In this document: positions 19,392-33,003 of the stretch, piece after piece
How the letters are laid out: each line of letters starts with the position of its first letter
How positions within the stretch are numbered: position 1 is the first letter of the stretch
Source: Gammaproteobacteria bacterium
Lineage (GTDB): Bacteria > Pseudomonadota > Gammaproteobacteria > Ga0077554 > Ga007554
Assembly: GCA_033717875.1 (NCBI GenBank)
Contig: JADDKJ010000002.1
Span: 67,280-131,279, forward strand
Length of the DNA: 64,000 nucleotides
Direction: 5' to 3'
Made by a program: the position numbers and the translations under genes
Notes under the pieces: model-generated
Databases searched by the model: none
What the model saw: only the letters and a program-made list of their open reading frames with translations
Told to the model about the DNA's origin: nothing

Positions 19392-22238
19392 TCAGAGATT
19401 CCTATCCTCTATCTCCGCCAGCGCCTCGTTCAGCTTCCCTTCGATATATTTCTTGTGGCTGAGAAAGTGAATCGTCGGCAGCCTTTCCGGCTCGCTACCG
19501 GAACCGGAGTGCGGTAAGTCGATGTCGGTAATATAAATCGGATAGCGCTCTCCGCTCCGGCGCAGCTTGAGCACTTGGCTGGCCACTTCACGAAACAGGT
19601 TATTGCCGTGCGCCAACGAACTGAACTCATGATCGCCACAGTAGATGGTGAATGCCAGCTTATCGCCACTTAGCCTGTTGGCGACAACCTGAATGCTCAG
19701 ATAGCCCTTCAACTGCTTTTGCCGCAACGCTTCCTGCTTCACCAGGAGCGTTTTTCCCAGATCGTCTTTCCTTATCTGATAAATCTCGATCACGTCGAAC
19801 GGCTTCGCGGCTGAAAAATCCAGCAGACGCCGGCGGCGAATCACCGCATCGAAAAACAAGGTGAATTGATTGATCAGCGCGGCGCTTTCACAGGACTCGA
19901 TGGTCTGGCAATACAGCGAACCATATTCATCCAGCACATAGACATCAGTATGCGATGCGCCGGCCTGATAAAACATCTGGATGACCTGTGGCTTGTTGAC
20001 AGAAAATATCTGCGGCAACGGCGTATCACGCAAAGCATGATTGTCGATTCCGACATGAGCATACGTCGATTTTTCCTCGCCAAGAAAAGTCAGCAGCTCC
20101 GGGTAAGACTCGATTCGCCGGTACCGCAAGCTGTCTCTTTCCGTCCATAGAACGTAATGACAAAGATGCTCCACGGACAACACATAATGCCTTTCCTGGC
20201 CAGGAAAACCACCATAAAAGAAACGCTTGATGCTATCGAACAATTCCTCGGTTCTTTTTTCAATGGTGACACCATGACTCACCGAAAAACAATGTATCGA
20301 GAACGGCGCACACGGATAGCCTTGCGCCGGCGGATTCCAGCGCATATATTCGGCGATGCAACTCATCAGGCCATCCATGCCGAGATACCTGAAGGTCAAC
20401 ACCTCCTTCCAGCTCGTCATCACCACCAGATCGAAGGTAAGCGCAAGGTTCTCGCCCATCCCGCCATAACTGAACGCATCCGTCTTGTTGCTCATGTAAT
20501 GCCGTCCCTGGCGTGTATGCACCGCCATCGGATCGACACCCACATTGACGAACAATGCCGCCGTCACCATGGTTGATGAACGGGACAGCTCCTCCATGCC
20601 CGTCTCGTTTTCATCAGTATTCGGAAAAAGCTGCTGAAAACGATTGAGCAATGCGCGCAGCTCTTTTGGCGCAAGATCGCTCTTTTGCGTATGCAACCCC
20701 AATATCGTTGCACCATCCATCATTTCATTGAAATGGCACCAGGCAATAAGCTCGATCACACTGTGAGACCGCCGAATGGGTTGCGTGCCGCCGCTTTCAA
20801 CCGAACTTAAGGGGGCGATATAAAGCGCCCAATTCTCCTGCCCAGGATCGAAGCCCGTCTCCCAAAAAGTCAAATGACTTTCCTGAAGATTCTGCGATAT
20901 TCCGCGATTGACGATTTCGACCTTGCCCGCCTTGCGCTCGAATGCGGCATACAGTTTGCGCCCCAGAATATTCATATCCTTTTGATTGATCATCGCCAGC
21001 CGCGCATGTTCGTGGGCGAAATCGGACAGGAAACGGTAGCTTTGCGTCAGCTCATTGGTGAGTATCCTGCGCTCCCTGAGCACGCGATGGATTTTCCACA
21101 AAGGCCGCGCATCGAGCATCTCGAGATAGGCATCGTCCCACTCCCAGGAGCGGGCAAGATCTTTCATCAGATCGCGACGCCAGCCGTCCCTCCCCGTTGT
21201 GCGCGCCACGCTCAGTTTTTCATTCACCTTGAAATAAAAACTGCGCCTGAACAATTCGAGCCGTTCTTTTTCTCCTGCCTTTGTCAGATGCTCCTCAATC
21301 CTGGCGTAGAGCATGATATAAGGATCAAGCCTGTCCAGGGATGTCTCGCCCTCGTAAATCGCCTTCTTGAAACGCTGGCAAAGCAAGTCACTGGCGGGAT
21401 ATTCATGGGCATAGACTTCCATCAACAGCAGCTTTAGCACTGATTTATAAGGTGAATCAATACCCTTGAAGAGCTGCCACAAGGCCGCACCAAAAAACTC
21501 TTCCGCGGGTATCTGTGGTATCCCGCCGAAATCGATGTATTCCGTTTCACGCACCGCATAGGAATTTTTCAGGGCAGCGAGATGGTCATCATAGCCATCC
21601 TCCTCACCGGGAGGCACCAGCCACCATGCCGGATAACGGCCCGCGAGCAGTAGGCCCGTGCGATAGAACTCTTCCAGTAACAAGGAGTGTTGAGCGCTGC
21701 CACTGCCCTCTTTGGACAATTCGCCTCGTCCGCCCGCCTTGAAACGGGCCGCATTCATGAGAAAAAAATGGACTTCGAGATCGAGCTGCGCCGCCCATCG
21801 CTCTATCGCGCCGGCCTTTCTTCGCAACTCATCGAGCGATTCGTCGGCAATATCCGGTTGATGACAGATCCAAATGTCGAAATCGCTCTTTCCTGAATGG
21901 GCGATGGTGCCGCTGCTGCCCATCAGAAAAATCGAGAGGATATCGTAGCGCCGCAGGGCCTTGCGCTTATATGTGAAATTGCGAGTGATTTTCTTCGCCG
22001 CTTCGAGCGCTCGGCTGTCGGGCGAATAATCGGAAACACCCACCGGCGTCCGGGTCGAGATGAAGCCCGGCAACAGCATGTGATTGGTATGAAACAGCAA
22101 AGGCAACAAATCGAGAAAATCGCGCTGCCGCTCGCGCAGTGAATCCTGTGCGCGCCGCAACCGCTCGCGATTGATCGCCAGAAAACGCCGCTTGACCGCG
22201 TTTACATCCGCCAGTTTCACCCCGGATACCTTACTCAA
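19392..22238 (-). CDS. cyaA: Class I adenylate cyclase
   Basis: 948 aa. Block-by-block similarity to enterobacterial CyaA, including 'DFDIWICHQ', 'HSLLLEEFYRTGLLLAGR' and 'IDSPYKSVLK'. Confidence 0.93.
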   Translation of the reverse strand: MSKVSGVKLADVNAVKRRFLAINRERLRRAQDSLRERQRDFLDLLPLLFHTNHMLLPGFISTRTPVGVSDYSPDSRALEAAKKITRNFTYKRKALRRYDILSIFLMGSSGTIAHSGKSDFDIWICHQPDIADESLDELRRKAGAIERWAAQLDLEVHFFLMNAARFKAGGRGELSKEGSGSAQHSLLLEEFYRTGLLLAGRYPAWWLVPPGEEDGYDDHLAALKNSYAVRETEYIDFGGIPQIPAEEFFGAALWQLFKGIDSPYKSVLKLLLMEVYAHEYPASDLLCQRFKKAIYEGETSLDRLDPYIMLYARIEEHLTKAGEKERLELFRRSFYFKVNEKLSVARTTGRDGWRRDLMKDLARSWEWDDAYLEMLDARPLWKIHRVLRERRILTNELTQSYRFLSDFAHEHARLAMINQKDMNILGRKLYAAFERKAGKVEIVNRGISQNLQESHLTFWETGFDPGQENWALYIAPLSSVESGGTQPIRRSHSVIELIAWCHFNEMMDGATILGLHTQKSDLAPKELRALLNRFQQLFPNTDENETGMEELSRSSTMVTAALFVNVGVDPMAVHTRQGRHYMSNKTDAFSYGGMGENLALTFDLVVMTSWKEVLTFRYLGMDGLMSCIAEYMRWNPPAQGYPCAPFSIHCFSVSHGVTIEKRTEELFDSIKRFFYGGFPGQERHYVLSVEHLCHYVLWTERDSLRYRRIESYPELLTFLGEEKSTYAHVGIDNHALRDTPLPQIFSVNKPQVIQMFYQAGASHTDVYVLDEYGSLYCQTIESCESAALINQFTLFFDAVIRRRRLLDFSAAKPFDVIEIYQIRKDDLGKTLLVKQEALRQKQLKGYLSIQVVANRLSGDKLAFTIYCGDHEFSSLAHGNNLFREVASQVLKLRRSGERYPIYITDIDLPHSGSGSEPERLPTIHFLSHKKYIEGKLNEALAEIEDRNL

Positions 22239-22292
22239 ACCACAGTTGCCCCAGGGTGTTATCGGCCACTAGTGGATTATTTTGATGATCCG

Positions 22293-22547
22293 CTATGGAT
22301 TATCCGGGTAACACGACCCCTCCCTCACCCAGGCGCCGCTCTGGCAGCGGAGCAATTCGTTACCGCTGCATATGCGCTGCCCCTCCCGGTATGCTATATC
22401 GTTGAAATAACACACCCCTGTTTCCGGCGCCTCCTGTTCCAACACCTCGAAGTCTTCATCAGATTCCTCGATAACCAAGGAAGTGCGCAATTCGGGATCG
22501 GGCGCTCCTACAACGGGGGCATGAATATGTTCCGGCCTTTTTGACAT
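22293..22547 (-). CDS. Small conserved hypothetical protein with four Cys
   Basis: 84 aa, 'CYFNDIAYREGQRICSGNELLRCQSGAWVREGSCY'. No family could be assigned by eye. Confidence 0.4.
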   Translation of the reverse strand: MSKRPEHIHAPVVGAPDPELRTSLVIEESDEDFEVLEQEAPETGVCYFNDIAYREGQRICSGNELLRCQSGAWVREGSCYPDNP

Positions 22548-22695
22548 GGTGTTGTTTCCTCATGGGATGTTGCAATCGTGACTTCAGCGAATTTTTAGAA
22601 GTGCCCTAAAGTTTTTCCACTTGTGACCGATGATACTATTTTCAGGTAGTCTATACCTTGATCTGGATCAAACAACAGAGGGAGGGCGTTGCGCC

Positions 22696-23508
22696 ATGAC
22701 AGAGCCACTCAATTCAACCCTTGCCGCAACCATTTTGCAGAGCGCGCCTTTTGGCGTCGCCCTGCTGGATGCGCAGAACCGGCTGGTGATGGTCAACCGG
22801 GCGCTCGAGACTTTCCTCGGCATGCCCGCGGCGAAACTCACCACAGAAGACGCGGATCTTGCCCAGGATATCAGGAAATGCCTGTACGACCCGCAAGAAC
22901 TCATTCATCTGCCGCAGAGCGGAGCGCGCCCGGCACGCTGGCTGAAATGCTGGCGCCAAACGCTGGAGGGAGGGCAGGGAAACGTGCGCTTCTACGCCGA
23001 CGTCACCACACAGCAGCAACTCCAGCAAGAAAATGAACGCCTGAGGGAACAGCACGATCTTCAGGATCCCCTCACCTCGCTGCCCAACCGCCGCGCCATC
23101 GTGCAGGCACTGGAACCACAGGTCTCGCGCAGCCGGCGCTATGAAAACCCGCTGTCCGTCATCGTGCTGAAAATCGCCAACTATTCTCGCCTGGGCGCCG
23201 ATGGCGATAGCAGCGCGGACCGGGCGGTGGTGGCCATCGGCCAATTTCTCAAAGACCAGGTGCGCTGGGTCGACATGACGGGGCGCATGGACAACGACGA
23301 ATTTTTATTGATACTGCCGGAAACCCCCGAGGCCGCCGCGCGGGAACTGGCCACCAAACTTCACAACCGCATTTCCGATCTGGCTATCGCCACCGCCGAT
23401 GGCCGGTCTGTCAATGTTGATGTGCGTTGCGGCGTGGCTGGCTGGATCAAAGGCGACGACACCAACAAACTGTTACAGCGCGCCCACCAGACGTTATCAG
23501 GCGGCTGA
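22696..23508 (+). CDS. PAS-like sensor fused to a degenerate GGDEF domain ('NDEF' at the active site)
   Basis: The GGDEF fold is recognisable ('LTSLPNRRAIV...RYENPLSVIVLKI...'), but GG(D/E)EF is replaced by 'MDNDEF'. The start follows SD 'agggagggcg'. Confidence 0.7.
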   Translation: MTEPLNSTLAATILQSAPFGVALLDAQNRLVMVNRALETFLGMPAAKLTTEDADLAQDIRKCLYDPQELIHLPQSGARPARWLKCWRQTLEGGQGNVRFYADVTTQQQLQQENERLREQHDLQDPLTSLPNRRAIVQALEPQVSRSRRYENPLSVIVLKIANYSRLGADGDSSADRAVVAIGQFLKDQVRWVDMTGRMDNDEFLLILPETPEAAARELATKLHNRISDLAIATADGRSVNVDVRCGVAGWIKGDDTNKLLQRAHQTLSGG

Positions 23509-23580
23509 AAAAGATCGGATTTCGCAGGGTGCGTCTCATACACTACGCGCCATAATCATAGATGGCGCGCACGGCGCACC

Positions 23581-23958
23581 CTACGTCTCAACGATAAACT
23601 CAAAGGTATTTCCATCCGGGTCCCGAGTGAACAGCGCGGGACGCCCGGACCCGGATCGTGTAAACGGCACACCCGCTCGCTCCAGCGCCGCCACAAGATC
23701 CTCAAGATCCCCCACCGCCAGCGCCACATGACGGTCTCTCCCACCATGCACAGGCCGTCCTGTCACAGGATCAGGATTGGGCAGTTGCATGAGATGGATC
23801 TGCTGCCCTGACCCCAGGTTATACCAGACCCCCGCATAGCCCAGATCGGGCCGCGATTCATCCGGCCGCAGGCCGAGCACGCCCTCATAGAAACGCCGCG
23901 ACCGGTCGAGATCGGCCACTATCCATGTAACGTGCATGATGCCGAGAATATCAACCAT
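23581..23958 (-). CDS. Glyoxalase/VOC-family protein
   Basis: 'HVTWIVADLDRSRRFYEGVLGL' and the C-terminal beta-alpha-beta-beta-beta second module. Confidence 0.7.
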   Translation of the reverse strand: MVDILGIMHVTWIVADLDRSRRFYEGVLGLRPDESRPDLGYAGVWYNLGSGQQIHLMQLPNPDPVTGRPVHGGRDRHVALAVGDLEDLVAALERAGVPFTRSGSGRPALFTRDPDGNTFEFIVET

Positions 23959-23989
23959 TCCGATCCGCCCCCGTGAAAAACATCACAAT

Positions 23990-24266
23990 ATTATAAATGG
24001 TCTTCGTGAAATGACCTTCACGGCAGGTTCGACAACAACCACCAACGGCACGGCAACATTGAACGGCGCTTCGAGACAACTGCTGTCACTGCGCTCCGGC
24101 GCGGCCGGGCACGCGCTGGAACTTCGTGGTCAACTCCGGCGTCACCAAAGCCATTTCCTATGTCAGCGTCGCGGATTCGGATGCCTCGAGTACGGTCACG
24201 GTATCCGGTATCGCCCTGACGGCGGGTCAATCGGCGACGGTGAAATTCCGGGTAACCGTGCAATAG
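23990..24266 (+). pseudogene. Possible frameshifted remnant of a Thr/Ser-rich secreted protein gene
   Basis: Two adjacent frames read 'TFTAGSTTTTNGTATLNGAS' and 'NFVVNSGVTKAISYVSVADSDASSTVTVSGIALTAGQSATVKFRVTVQ*'. Neither frame has a credible start or a length typical of an intact gene. Confidence 0.2.
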
Positions 24267-24283
24267 GGTGCACCGTGCGCACC

Positions 24284-24526
24284 CTACGAAGAATGTTTAC
24301 CCTTGCTCTCTTCAAGATGCTGCCGGGAACAATAATAATGTTCACCGTCGCGCATGGCCTCGATTTTGGGGATATGCAGACCACACTGCTCGCAGCGCAC
24401 CATGTCGCCCGGCTGCTTCGATGAAATGCGGGATGAGTCTTTGGAAGGACGATTGAGGAAACGCTTGACCAGGCGAAATACCAGCCAAACCACGACTACC
24501 AGGAGGATGAAGCGGAGAAGGTTCAT
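24284..24526 (-). CDS. Small membrane-anchored zinc-ribbon protein (PP0621-like)
   Basis: N-terminal TM helix, then 'CEQCGLHIPKIEAMRDGEHYYCSRQH', a Cys-x2-Cys ... Cys zinc ribbon. Confidence 0.5.
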   Translation of the reverse strand: MNLLRFILLVVVVWLVFRLVKRFLNRPSKDSSRISSKQPGDMVRCEQCGLHIPKIEAMRDGEHYYCSRQHLEESKGKHSS

Positions 24527-24542
24527 ACTGTTCCGACGTTAT

Positions 24543-24619
24543 TGGTCGGGGTGAGAGGATTCGAACCTCCGGCCCCTAGCTCCCGAAGCTAGTGCTCTAC
24601 CAGGCTGAGCTACACCCCG
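24543..24619 (-). tRNA. tRNA-Pro (anticodon CGG)
   Basis: The reverse complement folds as a cloverleaf: acceptor CGGGGTG/CACCCCG, anticodon stem CTAGC/GCTAG, loop TTCGGGA, and an encoded CCA end. Confidence 0.9.
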
Positions 24620-24630
24620 TGGTCAACGGC

Positions 24631-25602
24631 TCAATAAGTGCGGGTTACGGAAAATTCGGCCAGTGCATACAGGGCATCCCGATACGGCGTATCGGGGATA
24701 ACCGCAAGTGCCTCGGCGGCCTTGCGGGCTTCCGCCTGAGCCGAGCGCGCAGTGTACGCGATCGCTCCGGTAGATTCAATGGCTTTTGTGACCTGGGCGA
24801 TATTTTCCCGCCCGCCGTGCTCGATGGCCTGCCGGATGACGGCCGCCTGTTCCGGAGTGCCGGCGCGCATGGCGTGGATCAGTGGCAGGGTAGGCTTGCC
24901 CTCGGCCAGGTCGTCGCCGACATTTTTCCCCATCTCCTGCGGCGAGGCGCTGTAATCGAGCACATCGTCGATGAGCTGGAACGCCGTACCCAGGTGCATG
25001 CCATAGGCGGCCATTGCCCGTTCTTCCTCCTCCGAACGCCCGCTGATCACCGCCCCCAGTTGCGCCGCGGCCTCGAACAGCTTGGCCGTCTTGCAGTGAA
25101 TGACATTGAGATAGCGCTCCTCGGTGGTGTCGGCGTCATGACAATTGAGCAACTGCATGACCTCGCCCTCGGCGATGGTGTTGGTGGCGTGAGACAGGAT
25201 CTCCATCACCCGCATGCTGCGCACATCCACCATCATCTCGAAAGAGCGGGAATAGAGGAAATCGCCCACCAGCACACTGGCCTCGTTGCCCCAGATGGCA
25301 TTGGCGGTTTCCCGGCCACGGCGCAGCTCCGAGCCGTCCACCACGTCGTCATGGAGCAGCGTCGCGGTATGGATGAATTCGATGATGGCGGCAAGATCGA
25401 TGTGATGCCGGCCCCGGTAGCCGAACGCCTGGGCGCTGAGCAGCACCAGTTGCGGGCGCAGGCGCTTGCCGCCACTATTGATGATGTAATGCCCGAGCTG
25501 GTTGATCAGCACGACTTCCGAATGCAGCCTGCCGCGAATCACGCCGTCCACGGCGCGCATGTCGTCCGCGATCAGGGCGTGCACGTTTTCAATGTTCATC
25601 AT
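24631..25602 (-). CDS. ispB: Octaprenyl-diphosphate synthase (polyprenyl synthetase family)
   Basis: First Asp-rich motif 'LLHDDVVD', second 'GTAFQLIDDVLD', and full-length similarity to IspB. The start is placed at the internal 'MMNIENV' ATG (the ORF extends to 25638). Confidence 0.88.
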   Translation of the reverse strand: MMNIENVHALIADDMRAVDGVIRGRLHSEVVLINQLGHYIINSGGKRLRPQLVLLSAQAFGYRGRHHIDLAAIIEFIHTATLLHDDVVDGSELRRGRETANAIWGNEASVLVGDFLYSRSFEMMVDVRSMRVMEILSHATNTIAEGEVMQLLNCHDADTTEERYLNVIHCKTAKLFEAAAQLGAVISGRSEEEERAMAAYGMHLGTAFQLIDDVLDYSASPQEMGKNVGDDLAEGKPTLPLIHAMRAGTPEQAAVIRQAIEHGGRENIAQVTKAIESTGAIAYTARSAQAEARKAAEALAVIPDTPYRDALYALAEFSVTRTY

Positions 25603-25718
25603 TGGCTTGTTATAGTAGTAATTGGCTGTGTTTTGCATCTCGCCATTGTAGAAGCTTGAATCAGCGCCTTACAAGCGTAAATTTTGAAAGGGGATGGCTC
25701 TTTAGTTCGTTTTCGTGT

Positions 25719-25747
25719 TTGACCTTTGCCCATCGGATCGCTAAAAT
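25719..25747 (+). promoter_or_regulatory. Strong sigma70 promoter for rplU-rpmA (TTGACC-17-TAAAAT)
   Basis: Near-consensus hexamers with 17-bp spacing lie about 70 bp upstream of rplU. Confidence 0.55.
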
Positions 25748-25818
25748 GGGCGTTTATTTAAAGCGCGCAGGATCATTTGCGCTTGCTTTGAGTGGCAAGA
25801 ATTCTGGAGAAAACAATC

Positions 25819-26130
25819 ATGTATGCGGTAATCGTGACGGGCGGCAAGCAATACCGGGTCGCCGAGGGTGATGTGGTGAAGGTCGAAAAACTGCCGGTCG
25901 AGGCAGGCACTTCTATCGACCTCGACAACGTGCTGATGGTCGCCAACGGCGATGATATCAAGGTCGGCGCGCCTTATGTCGCGGGCGGCAAAGTCACCGC
26001 CACCGTCAAGTCGCACGGCCGCGGCGACAAGGTGAAGATCGTCAAGATGCGCCGCCGCAAGCACTACCGCAAGCAGGCGGGACACCGCCAGCATTACACG
26101 GAACTGCAAATCACCGGCATCAGCGGCTAG
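25819..26130 (+). CDS. rplU: 50S ribosomal protein L21
   Basis: '[25 protein letters not shown]' follows SD 'ggaga'. Confidence 0.95.
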   Translation: MYAVIVTGGKQYRVAEGDVVKVEKLPVEAGTSIDLDNVLMVANGDDIKVGAPYVAGGKVTATVKSHGRGDKVKIVKMRRRKHYRKQAGHRQHYTELQITGISG

Positions 26131-26223
26131 GTTAAGACTCTAAATTACGGCAACACCTGTTTCGCAGGAGTGCGTCTCAACGCAGGTGCGCACGGCGCAC
26201 CCTACTACTGAGGTAACACAGCA

Positions 26224-26481
26224 ATGGCACATAAAAAAGCAGGCGGCTCCACACGCAACGGCCGCGATTCGGAATCAAAACGACTGGGCGTGAAGCGTTT
26301 CGGCGGTCAGCGTGTGCTGGCCGGCAACATTCTGATCCGGCAGCGTGGCACACACTTCCACCCCGGCGTGAATGTCGGCTGCGGCCGCGATCATACCCTG
26401 TTCGCCACAGCGCCCGGCACGGTTGTTTTCGGCACCAAGGGTCCCGAGAACCGCAAGACGGTGAGCGTGATCGCGGATTGA
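26224..26481 (+). CDS. rpmA: 50S ribosomal protein L27
   Basis: '[28 protein letters not shown]'. Confidence 0.95.
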   Translation: MAHKKAGGSTRNGRDSESKRLGVKRFGGQRVLAGNILIRQRGTHFHPGVNVGCGRDHTLFATAPGTVVFGTKGPENRKTVSVIAD

Positions 26482-26506
26482 TATCGCGATTCGGCAAGGC
26501 ATCCGC

Positions 26507-26540
26507 AAAAAGCCCCGTCACTGCACGGGGCTTTTTGTTT
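26507..26540 (+). terminator. Rho-independent terminator after rpmA
   Basis: Stem 'aaaagccccgt...acggggctttt' followed by a T-run. Confidence 0.6.
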
Positions 26541-26705
26541 AGAATAACCGGCTGAACCACAGAGGGCGCGAAGAGCGCGGAGATGTGACATGGATCGCCT
26601 TGTGCCCATCCGAACCCCCGCAACTCAGGCATGTTGATCCTCTTTGCGTCCTCGGTGTCCTCTGCGGTACAACCGTGTTTTCAGGATTATTTTCATTCAG
26701 TCTGA

Positions 26706-30063
<3,358 letters not shown>

Positions 30064-30068
30064 GTGAT

Positions 30069-31268
30069 TCAGCCCCCGAAAACAAGCACTGAAATCATGA
30101 GATTGCCGTGACGATTTTCACCTCCGATAAAACGACCCTGCTCGCCGAACGTAAACACCCCCAGAAAAGGTTTGCCAGAAAGGGCGCTGCGCAGCCCTCC
30201 TATCACCTCATCCATGCGTTCCTTCACCGTCAGCATGCAACCGGCGCAAAATACCACCAATGCCCCGCTAGCCTCTTCCGCCCGGGCACCATGGTTCTGC
30301 AAGGCGCATGCGGCAACGCGGCCAGCGCGACTGGCAAGGCTTGCGGGCGTCCCCCGCATAAGAATCAGCTCATCACCTACTGTGACGTCGGCAAAGAGGG
30401 TCAAGGCATGCCCCTCGCTAATCTGATCCGGGTGCGCCAGGATAAAATACGGCACCCCTCCCACCGCGCCCACCACCCTACCCAAGGGATGCAGGGCAAC
30501 GCGCCCGAGAATGCTGCCGCCTTCACACAGCGCATCGGAGAGGGTGCCTCCCAGCCATTCGTTATAAACTTCTGCCGCAGGACGGCCATCAATCTCGTAG
30601 AGGGTCCGCCCTTCCGCCCGAGTGACCTTGCCTTTGCAGTCGGTGGGCTCATAACCGCTATGGAAGGCAAAACATACTTCCCTGCCGGGAAACATCGCCA
30701 TGATCACTACCGCATCCCGGTATACCCGACCATTGGCGAACTGTTGCCACTCCCCGGTCACGGTGTTATCACCCGAGCTGCCGCCGGCCATTGGAACGTT
30801 ACCGCCGACCACACCTTCGATTCCCCTGATAATCTGCTCCTCGTGACCGGGCACAGTGAAAATCCAGATCATCGCCGGTACCTCGCCAGGCCGCCCGGCC
30901 TGACTCAGCGCGCATTGCGTGGCCTCTGCCGCTGCGGCATACGGGTCATTGCCCACCTCCACGGCTGCGATGCCATAGCTGCCATCAGGATCGACAATCC
31001 CCAACAACCCCAATCCCACGCCATGCTCGCTGTGGAAACCATCCTCGGTCATGACGCCCAGACATGACGTGCCGCCGTGAACCGGAATGCCGGGCGCCAA
31101 TTCGTTCAGTCGTTTTAATACCCGCGTCCAGTCATACGTGGCCGAGCCATGCAACAGGAGCAAATCAGGAGCGCCGCCGATACGCTCAACAAGATGATTA
31201 TAGGCGCCGGAAATCGCCTGCTCTGGATCGCCGGCGGCGGACCAGGCGGTCGCTATCCTCATGTTCAT
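30069..31268 (-). CDS. FIST-domain sensor protein (FIST N and C)
   Basis: 399 aa with FIST-like organisation. It is translationally coupled to the downstream GGDEF-EAL gene. Confidence 0.6.
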   Translation of the reverse strand: MNMRIATAWSAAGDPEQAISGAYNHLVERIGGAPDLLLLHGSATYDWTRVLKRLNELAPGIPVHGGTSCLGVMTEDGFHSEHGVGLGLLGIVDPDGSYGIAAVEVGNDPYAAAAEATQCALSQAGRPGEVPAMIWIFTVPGHEEQIIRGIEGVVGGNVPMAGGSSGDNTVTGEWQQFANGRVYRDAVVIMAMFPGREVCFAFHSGYEPTDCKGKVTRAEGRTLYEIDGRPAAEVYNEWLGGTLSDALCEGGSILGRVALHPLGRVVGAVGGVPYFILAHPDQISEGHALTLFADVTVGDELILMRGTPASLASRAGRVAACALQNHGARAEEASGALVVFCAGCMLTVKERMDEVIGGLRSALSGKPFLGVFTFGEQGRFIGGENRHGNLMISVLVFGG

Positions 31269-31401
31269 ATACGCATTTCCTTGTTCACGTTTGTTGTTGT
31301 GGAATTACGATCGTCGCGCCAAGGGAAATCACTCACAAAGATGACTTGGCAAAGCGTTTGCGCAGAAAGATAAGGAGGCGCTGATTTATCAGCGCCTCCT
31401 T

Positions 31402-31457
31402 ACGGCACATGGAAGTGCCACTGAGAATTCCAGGATGGAATTATTCAGCGCTTCCAT
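31402..31457 (+). repeat. REP-2 element, copy C
   Basis: 'ctgagaattccaggatggaattattcagcgc' flanked by the 'ggcacatggaagtgcc' hairpin and the 'gcgcttccat' arm. Confidence 0.6.
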
Positions 31458-31654
31458 AAAGTGACGATTTTTCATCACCATGTAATGCGCGCGGTTATTT
31501 TGAGCAATTAATGTGCCACAATGATCGCGAATGGTTTTTGACTCTGGCGCAGATGGCAAGGATACGGAAGTTTTCAGAAAAGTCGCAAGTGACGTATGGT
31601 TATAATCAGAAACAAAATATAGAATCAGCAATATGCAAATGAAATAATACCGCC

Positions 31655-32170
31655 ATGCAACTGACCTTATACACAGATTATTCTTTGCGGGTGTTGCTCT
31701 ATCTCGGCATCCACAAAAACGAGAAGGCGACCATCAACGAAATTGCCGACTACTTCAAGATCTCGCGCAATCATTTGGTGAAGGTGGTGCATAATCTGGC
31801 TGTCTGCGGTTACATCCATACTGTCCGCGGCAAGGGTGGCGGCATGTCTCTGGCGCGGCCGGCAGAGGAAATCAACATTGGCGATGTTGTGCGCCACACA
31901 GAACCAAATTTCCATGTCGTCGAGTGCTTCAATCCGCAGACGACGCATTGCCCCGCCTATAATGTATGCACCCTGATAGACGTGCTGAACAGCGCACTGA
32001 CAAACTTCTTTGCCATACTCGACAGGTATACCCTGGCGGATCTTCTGAAGAAACCAGGCATGATAAGTAAACCGTTGCAGTTTGTACCCATGCAGGCGCG
32101 GCCCGCCCCAGCCGCGGGTAGAAAACACCCTTCGCGGCGCAAAACCACAGCAAGACGGTTGAGCGTCTAA
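31655..32170 (+). CDS. nsrR: Rrf2-family transcriptional regulator, NsrR-like (NO-responsive repressor)
   Basis: Rrf2 HTH '[18 protein letters not shown]...[13 protein letters not shown]', plus three Cys in the C-terminal half for an Fe-S cluster. Confidence 0.75.
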   Translation: MQLTLYTDYSLRVLLYLGIHKNEKATINEIADYFKISRNHLVKVVHNLAVCGYIHTVRGKGGGMSLARPAEEINIGDVVRHTEPNFHVVECFNPQTTHCPAYNVCTLIDVLNSALTNFFAILDRYTLADLLKKPGMISKPLQFVPMQARPAPAAGRKHPSRRKTTARRLSV

Positions 32171-33003
32171 AGAAGCTGCGCCCGCAAGGCATCTACCACG
32201 GGCCGGGTCTGTGGGTGCACGCCACGCCACAAAAAAAACGCTTCGGCGGCCTGCTCCACGAGCATACCCAGGCCATCCAGCGCCTGTTGCGCGCCGTGCT
32301 CGATGGCCCATCTCATGAAGGGGGTCGGCTGCGCCCCATACATCATGTCGTAGCAACAGCCTCCGGCAGCCAGCACTGTCGCAGGCAAGGGTGGCATCTC
32401 GCCCTTGAGGCTGGCGGCCGTGCCATTGATGATGAGATCGAAGCGTTCCGCGTCAAGATCTTGATAGCCGCATCCTGCAACCTTCCCCAAATCCGTCAAT
32501 TCTTTGGCTAATTCCACCGCCTTGTCCGCCGTGCGATTGGCGATCACCAGTTGCGCCGGCCGCTCTTCCAGCAACGGCCCGGCCACGCCGCGCACGGCCC
32601 CGCCTGCCCCGAGCAACAAGACACGCCGCCCCTGGATCCTTATGCCGTGATTGTCACGCAGATCGCGCACCAAACCGATGCCATCGGTATTGTCGCCGTA
32701 CCTTCCCCCCTCGGGACGAAACAGAATGGTATTCACCGCGCCCGCCCTTGCGGCGCGCGGACTGCGCTCATCCACCAGCTCCCACGCCTCGCGCTTGAAA
32801 GGCACGGTGATATTCAATCCTTTGCCGCCCGCCGCCGCAAAACCGGCCACTGCTTCGGCGAAATGTCCCAGCTCCACCAGAATCGCGGTATACACCAGAT
32901 CCTGACCGGTCTGACGCGCGAACAGGGTATGAATCTGAGGGGATTTGCTATGGGCGACGGGGTTACCCATAACGGCGTAGTGATCGGGTTTTGCGCTCAT
33001 CAT
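32167..33003 (-). CDS. aroE: Shikimate dehydrogenase
   Basis: '[25 protein letters not shown]...[12 protein letters not shown]'. The start is placed at the 'MMSAKPDHY' ATG (the ORF extends to 33024). Confidence 0.85.
   Translation of the reverse strand: MMSAKPDHYAVMGNPVAHSKSPQIHTLFARQTGQDLVYTAILVELGHFAEAVAGFAAAGGKGLNITVPFKREAWELVDERSPRAARAGAVNTILFRPEGGRYGDNTDGIGLVRDLRDNHGIRIQGRRVLLLGAGGAVRGVAGPLLEERPAQLVIANRTADKAVELAKELTDLGKVAGCGYQDLDAERFDLIINGTAASLKGEMPPLPATVLAAGGCCYDMMYGAQPTPFMRWAIEHGAQQALDGLGMLVEQAAEAFFLWRGVHPQTRPVVDALRAQLL

Noticed and set aside
31560-31654. A specific NsrR operator in the nsrR / FIST intergenic region
   Set aside because: Only weak partial dyads (for example 'atatgcaaatgaaat') are visible. 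That is not enough to call a binding site without a matrix search.
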